Notes: generated from the letters alone by a model not told the origin. DNA of 64,000 nucleotides from Rhodobiaceae bacterium (GCA_018660505.1 JABJKE010000034.1:23114-87113); one strand, 5' to 3'; positions 9,849 to 16,395 are shown, numbered from the stretch's first letter. Made by a program: numbers and translations.

Positions 9849-9983
9849 GACAAACTCCTCTATCAAACTGTCTGATTGATAGTCACGGATAAGCAACCGG
9901 TAATCAATCCCCTATTACGCCGCGTCCGGTTTCTGATGCGGCGAGGGGGGAGGTTGCTTTAAGATTGTTATTTGGCGGAAATG

Positions 9984-10072
9984 AAAAAGGACGTCCCGTA
10001 GGACATCCCCTCAATGGTGTAAGTTCATACTTGTTAACCCTAGCAAGAACCACCTATTCCCAAGTAGTCAAT
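9984..10072 (-). ncRNA. tracrRNA: tracrRNA (predicted)
   Basis: - Minus strand of 10033..10065 reads ACTTGGGAATAGGTGGTTCTTGCTAGGGTTAAC, complementary to the crRNA-sense repeat GTTGCTCTAGCCCCCCCCCTATTCCCAAGT.
- Pairing is a 13-bp perfect block plus an 11-bp block with one bulge.
- Downstream on the minus strand lies the hairpin GGATGTCC-TACG-GGACGTCC followed by TTTTTCATTT (plus 9984..10010), an intrinsic terminator.
- TATAGT -10-like box on the minus strand at 10079..10084.
- Ends are approximate. Confidence 0.75.
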
Positions 10073-10127
10073 AACGTGACTATACTCCAATCTCATTAGA
10101 AAAAAAATAATAAAGTGAGATGCGACA

Positions 10128-13100
10128 ATGAAATACCGTTTGGGAATAGACGTGGGCACCAATTCTTTGGGTTGGGCCGCCTTGGGGCTGGATGACCATG
10201 AGGTGCCAATTTGCCTTGTAGATGCGGGCGCGCGCATTTTCAGCGAGGGTCGAGATGCCAAAACAAAATCAACACTCAAGGCGAGCCGAACAGAGAAGCG
10301 CTCGGCGCGTCGGCGGCGAGACCGGTTTTTGCAGCGTCAAAAGTTTTTGATATCAGAGCTGGTAGAGTTCAAGCTCTTTCCCGCCGACATAGATGAGCGC
10401 AAGCAGCTCGAGGCACAAGACCCTTATGCTTTGCGCCACCGTGGGCTTTTGGAAAAGCTCGACCTCCATCAAATTGGCAGAGCTCTTTTTCACCTCAATC
10501 AAAGGCGCGGATTTAAATCTAATCGCAAAGATAAGAGTGAGGAAAGCACCAGCGGTGTTGTATCCAAATCAGTCCGTGCCTTGTTGCAAGAAATGAAACT
10601 AATGGCTGCGGAGCTTTCCGAAGACGACTTCAAGGCTTTGTCCAAGGAAGAGAACAAAGCCCTTCGCGTTGAAGAAGCCACCAATCGGAAATTGGCAATT
10701 GAAAACCTTGCCGCGCAACCCAATGTGAGCTTTGGCTCTTTCCTGCATCAGCGTCGCCAAAAGGGGCAGACTGTGCGGGCACGTCGGCAAGCGGATGGCA
10801 AGCTTTATGATGTCTACCCGACGAGAGAATTGCTCGAGGATGAGTTTACCAAAATCTTAGCGAAACAGGCCGCGTATTATCCCGATGTGATAACGCCCGA
10901 GGTGAGGGAACGGCTTCGCATTATCATTTTCACCCAAAGAGAGCTGAAGGAACAAAAGCGAGGGCTGTGTAGTTTTTATGCCGAAGAAAAAAGAACCTTC
11001 CGCTGTATGCCGGGTTTCCAGCGTTATCGCATGGTGCAAGACCTGCACGCTTTGGAGTGGGCCGATACAAATGGCAAGCATTGCTTGCGCGACTACCCCG
11101 ATGCCCGCGATGAGATATTGGCCAAGATGGAAGGCGTAACCAGTAAAAAGGGCGAGTTTACGTTTGGCAATATGAAAAAGATTTTGAAAAAGCATGGCCT
11201 AGTGGTTGGAGATACGCGGTTTAATTTTGAAAACCCCAAGCGCAAGGGTTTTGAAGGCAATATGACTTCACGGATTATGCAACATGAGGAACTTGTGGGC
11301 GCGCAATGGTATGATTGGCCGCTAGAAAAACAAGATAGACTGATTGACATTGTTAATGATGGCACTTTGATAGACGAAGAAGTGCTGGGTTATTTGCAAA
11401 ATGAATTCGGGCTATGCGAGTTTAACGCGCAAAACACCATGAACGCCCATCTGTTTGAGGGAACGGCAAGCGTATCGCAAAAAGCCGCCCTGAAACTGTA
11501 TCATCACATGCTGGCGCATAACTGCCTGCAATCGGATGCTGTGCAAGCCTGCGCAGAAGAAGATGAAGCCTTTGCCAATCCGTTTACCAGACAAGGCAGC
11601 GGGGAGTTGCTCGACGCGCTTCCCTATTATGGAGAAGCTTTTCAAGATGGCCGCCATATTATTCCTGGCGACCGCGACCCTAAAGACAGCCATGATGCTG
11701 CGAAATATTATGGCGCCGTGTCTAATCCGACAGTGCATATTGCGCTGAATCAAATCCGTCAGGTGGTCAACGAGCTGATAGAGCGCCTTGGGCATCCCAC
11801 CTCTATCTCTATCGAGCTGGCTCGTAATTTGCCGGAGGGCGAAATAGGCCGCAAGAAGATAGAAAAAGAACAGGCGGATAACCAAGTAGCCAACGGGGAT
11901 ATCGACGAAGAGCTTGAAAAGCTGGGTCAAAACCCTTCGCGCGAAAACCGTTTACGCTTGGCACTTTGGAAGCAATTATCCACGGACCCTAATAGTCGGT
12001 TTTGCCCCTTCACGGGCGAAAAAATAACGATGAGCGACCTATTTAATGGGGCGGCCGAGATTGAACATCTTATTCCGTTCTCACAATCGTTGGACGACAG
12101 CAAAGCCAATAAGGTAATCTGCACCCGCAAAGCCAATCGGGATAAGGGCAACCAAACGCCTTTCCAAGCCTTTGGCCATAGTCCAAATGGCTATGACTGG
12201 CAGGCCATCCAAGAGCGCGCCAATGATTTGCCCCAATCCAAAAGGTGGCGCTTTCAAGAGGATGCGATGGAGATATGGCTTCGCGATCATTCTGATTTCT
12301 CTGGCCGACACCTCAATGACACGCGCTATATTGGCCGCCTAACGCGCGAGTATTTGGAAGCCGTTTGTCCTCATAATAAAATTGATGTTGTGACGGGACG
12401 CCTCACCGCCTTATTGCGCGGCCATTGGGGGCTAAACAGTATCTTGCGTGGCCATAATGCGCCCGAAACCGAAAAGAATAAAAAGCTTAGAGACGACCAC
12501 CGCCATCATGCGATTGATGCCATTGTGATTGGCATGACCACGCGGTCTATGTTGCAGCGCGTGTCCACGGCGGCGGGGCGGGCTGAAGAGCTAGATATCG
12601 CGCGACTATTCGTCACCAATGATGCAGGGCATTCGGCAATTGAGCCTTGGGATGGTTTCCGCGACGAAGTGGGCGAGAAAGTGCGGTCGGTTATTGTTTC
12701 GCACAAAGTGAAGCGCAAAACACGCGGCCATGGCGCGACTGATGGGCAGCTTCATAATGAAACAGCCTATGGCATAGTTTCTGGGCCAGATGAGGAAGGC
12801 GGGTATGAGGTAACGGTGCGCAAACCCGTTGGATATTTTGATACGAAAAAACGCATAGAAATTATTCGGGATGCAACCATTCAAGCGGCGTTTCTAGATG
12901 CATTCGAGGCCGCACCCGATGCTAAAAGTGCCAAACAGGCGGTTTTGCAGCGCGCCAGTGAGATGGGGGTGAAGTCTGTTCGTACGCTAGAAGTGAAAAA
13001 AATTGTTCCCATCGCTGATAAATCTGGCAAGGCATATAAAGCCTATGCCCCAGATGGTCATTGGGGCATGGAAATCTTTGAGTATCCTTCAGGGCATAAG

Positions 13101-13457
13101 AATGCGGGTGAGTGGGAAAGCGTTATCATCACGAGGTTTGAAGCCAACCAACCAAGCTTCAAACCCGGGGAAACCAAGCGTCCCCATCCAGCCGCAAAGC
13201 TTGTCATGCGGTTTCAAATTAACGATTTGGTCGAAGTCACGATTGACGGCGAGCCCACTATCTACCGCGTTCAAAAAATGTCTGCAGGGATGCTTGTCTG
13301 TGCGCCGCCCAATGAAGCCAATGTAGATGCACGGAAAAGAGATAAAGAAGATGCGTTCCAATATAAAGAATTCAACGCCCGTCGCTTGAAAAAACGCAAG
13401 GCGCGCAAACTTCATATCAGCCCGTCCGGCAGAATAAATTATTCTAAAGGTAAATAG
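10128..13457 (+). CDS. cas9: CRISPR-associated endonuclease Cas9, type II-C
   Basis: - 1109 aa.
- RuvC-I: MKYRLGIDVGTNSLGWA.
- Arg-rich bridge helix: RTEKRSARRRRDRFLQRQ.
- RuvC-II: ISIELARNL.
- HNH: EIEHLIPFSQSLDDSKANKVICTRKANRDKGNQTP.
- RuvC-III: DDHRHHAIDAIVIG.
- Followed directly by cas1-cas2, with no csn2 or cas4. Confidence 0.97.
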   Translation: MKYRLGIDVGTNSLGWAALGLDDHEVPICLVDAGARIFSEGRDAKTKSTLKASRTEKRSARRRRDRFLQRQKFLISELVEFKLFPADIDERKQLEAQDPYALRHRGLLEKLDLHQIGRALFHLNQRRGFKSNRKDKSEESTSGVVSKSVRALLQEMKLMAAELSEDDFKALSKEENKALRVEEATNRKLAIENLAAQPNVSFGSFLHQRRQKGQTVRARRQADGKLYDVYPTRELLEDEFTKILAKQAAYYPDVITPEVRERLRIIIFTQRELKEQKRGLCSFYAEEKRTFRCMPGFQRYRMVQDLHALEWADTNGKHCLRDYPDARDEILAKMEGVTSKKGEFTFGNMKKILKKHGLVVGDTRFNFENPKRKGFEGNMTSRIMQHEELVGAQWYDWPLEKQDRLIDIVNDGTLIDEEVLGYLQNEFGLCEFNAQNTMNAHLFEGTASVSQKAALKLYHHMLAHNCLQSDAVQACAEEDEAFANPFTRQGSGELLDALPYYGEAFQDGRHIIPGDRDPKDSHDAAKYYGAVSNPTVHIALNQIRQVVNELIERLGHPTSISIELARNLPEGEIGRKKIEKEQADNQVANGDIDEELEKLGQNPSRENRLRLALWKQLSTDPNSRFCPFTGEKITMSDLFNGAAEIEHLIPFSQSLDDSKANKVICTRKANRDKGNQTPFQAFGHSPNGYDWQAIQERANDLPQSKRWRFQEDAMEIWLRDHSDFSGRHLNDTRYIGRLTREYLEAVCPHNKIDVVTGRLTALLRGHWGLNSILRGHNAPETEKNKKLRDDHRHHAIDAIVIGMTTRSMLQRVSTAAGRAEELDIARLFVTNDAGHSAIEPWDGFRDEVGEKVRSVIVSHKVKRKTRGHGATDGQLHNETAYGIVSGPDEEGGYEVTVRKPVGYFDTKKRIEIIRDATIQAAFLDAFEAAPDAKSAKQAVLQRASEMGVKSVRTLEVKKIVPIADKSGKAYKAYAPDGHWGMEIFEYPSGHKNAGEWESVIITRFEANQPSFKPGETKRPHPAAKLVMRFQINDLVEVTIDGEPTIYRVQKMSAGMLVCAPPNEANVDARKRDKEDAFQYKEFNARRLKKRKARKLHISPSGRINYSKGK

Positions 13458-13478
13458 CCAATCAGGGCGTGTTTAACG

Positions 13479-14387
13479 ATGCCAGAGCAAATTATAGAGA
13501 TAGCCGAATCTGGACGGCGACTTTCCAAGCGCCGAGGGTTTATTGAAATCTACGAAAAAGAAAGCCTATTGGGAAAAGTATCTGTAGATGATGTGAGTTC
13601 TATTATTATCTCGACGCCGGGCTGTTCGGTAACGACAAATTTAATGGATGAATTATCCCTTGCGGGCATACCGCTTGTAATTTGTGGCAAGAACTACCTT
13701 CCGAGTTCGGTGACAATACCGCTGCAAGGGCATCAGAGACAATTTAAAATTATGCAGCAGCAAGGGCAAATAAGTGAGCCAAGGCGCAAGCGAGCTTGGC
13801 AAAAAATTATTCAAGCAAAAATTACCAATCAAATGGAAGTTTTGGAGAGAGCAGGGCAGACAAACCATAAGCTCAAACAATTGGTAAAAAGGGTTGGGTC
13901 GGGGGATCCTGAAAACATAGAGGCGCAGGCTGCCAGAATTTATTGGCAATGTCTTTTTGGCAGTGAGTTCAGAAGAGACAGAAACCAAGTTGGGCTAAAC
14001 GCAGCTTTGAATTATGCCTATACGGTTTTGCGTGCCTGTGTTGCGAGGGGCGTGTGCGCCGCAGGGCTTCACCCGTCTTTTAGTTTGCATCATAAAAGTG
14101 CGCGTAATCCTTTCAACTTGGTGGATGATTTAATTGAGCCGTTACGACCTATGGCCGATTATTTGATTTACTCAAAAGTGGAAGATTTTGTAGGGGAGCT
14201 GAATCCAGACTTGAAGCAACATTTGGCAGGTTTGTTAAGCCTTGAGGTGCAAGCAGAAAATGGTATCGGCTCTCTATCTGTCGCAACGGCAAAAATGTGT
14301 CAGGCTCTCGTCGCTTATTATTTCGGCGACCTAGATGCCGATTTTACCCTGCCAATGCCTAGCCCTTTGGCTTATCATGCATCTTAG
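13479..14387 (+). CDS. cas1: CRISPR-associated endonuclease Cas1 (type II)
   Basis: 302 aa. ENIEAQAARIYW, LNYAYTVLRA, GLHPSFSLHHKSARNPFNLVDDLIEPLRP motifs. Position between cas9 and cas2. Confidence 0.95.
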   Translation: MPEQIIEIAESGRRLSKRRGFIEIYEKESLLGKVSVDDVSSIIISTPGCSVTTNLMDELSLAGIPLVICGKNYLPSSVTIPLQGHQRQFKIMQQQGQISEPRRKRAWQKIIQAKITNQMEVLERAGQTNHKLKQLVKRVGSGDPENIEAQAARIYWQCLFGSEFRRDRNQVGLNAALNYAYTVLRACVARGVCAAGLHPSFSLHHKSARNPFNLVDDLIEPLRPMADYLIYSKVEDFVGELNPDLKQHLAGLLSLEVQAENGIGSLSVATAKMCQALVAYYFGDLDADFTLPMPSPLAYHAS

Positions 14388-14706
14388 TGCCTATAGGATA
14401 ATGTGGCTTTTCGTAATGTTTGACCTTCCGACGGGGTCTAAAAAAGAAAGAAAAGAAGCCAGCGCGTTTAGGAATGGTCTATTGGATCAAGGTTATGAGA
14501 TGTCACAATTTTCAGTTTACTTAAAATATTGCTCTAGCCCTGACCGCGCAGAGGCATTGGAAAAGAGAATAAAGGCAATTTTACCGTCGGGTGGAAAAGT
14601 AGATATTTTAAAAATAACCGATAAACAATTTGGGGCGATGAAACGTTACAAAGCTAAATACGAATCAAAAAATGAAAAAAAACCTAAACAATTACACCTA
14701 TTTTAA
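14377..14706 (+). CDS. cas2: CRISPR-associated endoribonuclease Cas2 (type II)
   Basis: ORF 14335..14706. ATG 14377 gives MHLSAYRIMWLFVMFDLPTGSKKERKEASAFRNGLLDQGYEMSQFSVY, collinear with type II Cas2 N-termini (..MRMILMFDMPTDT..ERK..). Overlaps the cas1 stop by 11 nt. Confidence 0.9.
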   Translation: MHLSAYRIMWLFVMFDLPTGSKKERKEASAFRNGLLDQGYEMSQFSVYLKYCSSPDRAEALEKRIKAILPSGGKVDILKITDKQFGAMKRYKAKYESKNEKKPKQLHLF

Positions 14707-14767
14707 TCAGTTTTGCGAACGCGAAACTATAAACCACACAACAAATTCAATACCTTACATCAACTCT

Positions 14768-14873
14768 AGCTTAGCACTTGGGAATAGGGGGGGGGCTAGA
14801 GCAACGCGGCGGCTGTCGCCTCCTCTGCTGCTTGCAGCTTAGCACTTGGGAATAGGGGGGGGGCTAGAGCAAC
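14768..14873 (-). CRISPR. minimal CRISPR array: 2 identical 38-nt repeats, 1 spacer of 30 nt
   Basis: - Repeat (plus strand) AGCTTAGCACTTGGGAATAGGGGGGGGGCTAGAGCAAC at 14768..14805 and 14836..14873.
- Spacer GCGGCGGCTGTCGCCTCCTCTGCTGCTTGC at 14806..14835.
- Minus-strand reading GTTGCTCTAGCCCCCCCCCTATTCCCAAGTGCTAAGCT has the GTTG...GCTA.. shape of type II-C repeats and matches the tracrRNA anti-repeat, so the crRNA sense is the minus strand. Confidence 0.85.
14836..14845 (-). promoter_or_regulatory. repeat-embedded extended -10-like box (TGnTAAGCT) that could drive the single crRNA
   Basis: The minus strand of the repeat's distal end reads GTGCTAAGCT. Compare the TGnTACAAT box at the same repeat position in Neisseria meningitidis II-C repeats. 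A start about 7 nt downstream would leave about 24 nt of spacer. The same box is in repeat 1 (14768..14777). Confidence 0.4.
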
Positions 14874-14875
14874 CC

Positions 14876-14950
14876 ATGCCTCGTAAGCCGCTTCGCTTTA
14901 ACCAAGCCCAAACAATAATCCATTAGGATTTTCGCCACGCCCTGCTTCCA
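14876..14950 (+). repeat. left copy of an imperfect ~75-80-nt direct repeat (partner 15871..15950)
   Basis: Blocks aligned by eye:
- ATGCCTCGTAAGCC vs ATGCCGTGAAAGCC (11/14)
- AACAATAATCCATT vs AACAAAAATCTATT (12/14)
- GGATTTTCGCCACG vs GGATTTTCGCTACG (13/14)
All are in the same order and orientation. Confidence 0.6.
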
Positions 14951-15357
14951 GCGTTACCGCTATAGCCCTTCATAAAACATCCTGATTTATCGGGCTTCGA
15001 GATGTCCACTGAAACGCGTTTTCGTATCCGTTTATTTCTATTTCGACGACACTTCACTTTTTTGAAATGAAATATCACTTTTCTTCCTAAAACAAATCTG
15101 ATTAGGTTTTACAAGGTGAGGTGGGTTTTTGCGTTTAACTAAGAACCGTTAATGTACCTTGTCTTTAAAAGTGTGCCGTTTTGGCAGTCAACTAAGGAGA
15201 ACATTAGCGGAGCTTCAGGTAAATCCAAATGGTTTTGATTTCAAGGTAGGCAAGTGATGAAAGCTTAGACCGTCCTTGAGCCTTGAAGATCAGTCGCTGA
15301 AAAGGCTTAGGGTTAAAATGGTATGTATTCATTCGTAATTATGTTGAGGAGAGTTAC

Positions 15358-15789
15358 ATGACTTTTGTAGAAACAAATATGTTTTACGCGCAAATCTATC
15401 AATTTATGGGATTAGCTTTTATCGGTTCGTCTTTTTTACTTTGGGTTGGCATGCGGGTTACTTCCGTTTTAGTGGAACGCGAAACGGACAATATCGTTGC
15501 CAAAGTATTGGCGATTATCTTTGGGATAGCGGTTAGCCTGAACTACATCACCATCAGTGCCAATTTGGCGCTCCAATTAGAGAGCCACGCATACTCGCTG
15601 AAGCAGCTAGCTGCGCAGGGCATGGACCTACCAGCTACATCGCTCGGCTTTATTGAAAGAATGGGCGGTGGCAACGCCGTTCCTGAATTTAGCCTGCTGG
15701 GAAATCCGCTGCAAGTGGTGATTGGCCTTATTGCGCTGGCCTTCTGCATCATGCCTCTTTTCGTACCAGTGAAATCTAACAATTCCTGA
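15358..15789 (+). CDS. hypothetical small integral membrane protein (about 3-4 TM)
   Basis: 143-aa ORF with GGAGAG RBS upstream of ATG 15358. Hydrophobic segments (FMGLAFIGSSFLLWVGM, VLAIIFGIAVSLNYI, VVIGLIALAFCIMPLFV). Followed by an intrinsic terminator. No family recognised. Confidence 0.55.
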   Translation: MTFVETNMFYAQIYQFMGLAFIGSSFLLWVGMRVTSVLVERETDNIVAKVLAIIFGIAVSLNYITISANLALQLESHAYSLKQLAAQGMDLPATSLGFIERMGGGNAVPEFSLLGNPLQVVIGLIALAFCIMPLFVPVKSNNS

Positions 15790-15812
15790 TTTTTGAGAGT
15801 CATACAAAACGA

Positions 15813-15841
15813 AAAACGCGGCCGAGAGGTCGCGTTTTTTT
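15813..15841 (+). terminator. intrinsic terminator after the membrane-protein ORF
   Basis: AAAACGCGGCC-GAGA-GGTCGCGTTTTTTTT: GC-rich 7-bp stem (one G:U) plus a T-run. Confidence 0.7.
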
Positions 15842-15870
15842 GTTGGAAAGTTTATTTCTTCATATCGATA

Positions 15871-15950
15871 ATGCCGTGAAAGCCAAGGGGCTATGGGAAG
15901 CTAACCCTAACAAAAATCTATTTTGGATTTTCGCTACGGCCGACTTCGGG
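15871..15950 (+). repeat. right copy of the imperfect direct repeat (partner 14876..14950)
   Basis: See left copy. The two copies bracket about 1 kb of AT-rich DNA containing ORF 15358..15789 and its terminator. Confidence 0.6.
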
Positions 15951-16041
15951 GCTGTCGCCCCTACGCTGGCACAGACAAGAAACCCTTGCCAACTTGTTGG
16001 CTTAGACTAAAAGCACTTGGCAGTTTACTGCCTTAGTGCGC

Positions 16042-16129
16042 CTTGTCCCTTCGGTGGTGCTTTGTCCCTTCGGAGGCGGGCTAAAGTCAGCTGAGCTGCC
16101 AAGCCCTTCTAGCGCCAAGCCCTTTTAGT
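16042..16129 (+). repeat. two short tandem duplications immediately next to the tRNA-Ser 3' end
   Basis: TTGTCCCTTCGG occurs at 16043..16054 and 16062..16073 (period 19). GCCAAGCCCTT occurs at 16098..16108 and 16114..16124 (period 16). The second pair ends 2 nt before the tRNA. Confidence 0.7.
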
Positions 16130-16130
16130 G

Positions 16131-16221
16131 TGGCGGAGAGGAAGGGATTCGAACCCTCGATACGGGATTACCGCATACTCCCTTAGCAGGGGAGCGCCTT
16201 CAGCCACTCGGCCACCTCTCC
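16131..16221 (-). tRNA. tRNA-Ser (anticodon GCU)
   Basis: Minus strand reads GGAGAGGTGGCCGAGTGGCTGAAGGCGCTCCCCTGCTAAGGGAGTATGCGGTAATCCCGTATCGAGGGTTCGAATCCCTTCCTCTCCGCCA. 7-bp acceptor stem, anticodon loop CUGCUAA, long variable arm, TTCGAATC T-loop, encoded CCA. Confidence 0.93.
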
Positions 16222-16395
16222 ACCGCCGTTGATAGCGAAGGGCAACGAGCTTTTCAAGCGGAATTGACCCCCAATCACAGATTTATCGCAAAAAACCCAT
16301 GCCATTTGCCCACGCTCGCCACCCCTCGCAGCCAAGCGCTCCATTGGGCTCGCGCTAAAGCCCCCAGCCAGCCGATAGAGCCCGCGGCTTCGGGG

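Larger units (their letters stand above)
9897..16130. other. AT-richer accessory islet carrying the CRISPR-Cas9 module and an orphan membrane-protein cassette, bounded on the right by the tRNA-Ser 3' end
   Basis: Composition shift visible by eye (long A/T runs, A/T-rich third codon positions in cas9/cas1/cas2 and 14.9-15.9 kb) relative to flanking GC-rich genes; not computed. No integrase or transposase seen. Confidence 0.55.

Noticed and set aside
9973-9990. TGGCGGAAATGAAAAAGG resembles the tRNA-Ser 3' end (TGGCGGAGAGGAAGGGAT). Considered as a left-hand att-type direct repeat of the islet.
   Set aside because: Only about 13/18 positions are identical, with no long exact core. The segment is better explained as the tracrRNA terminator tail.
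14335-14376. The longer cas2 start from the ORF track (14335).
   Set aside because: The extension (MPILPCQCLALWLI) lies wholly inside the cas1 3' end. ATG 14377 gives an N-terminus collinear with type II Cas2 proteins.
15262-15268. AGCTTAG at 15262, matching the first 7 nt of the CRISPR repeat. Considered as a possible third, degenerate repeat.
   Set aside because: Only 7-8 nt match. The rest (ACCGTCCTTGAG) is unrelated, and the spacing from repeat 2 (about 390 nt) does not fit the 68-nt period.
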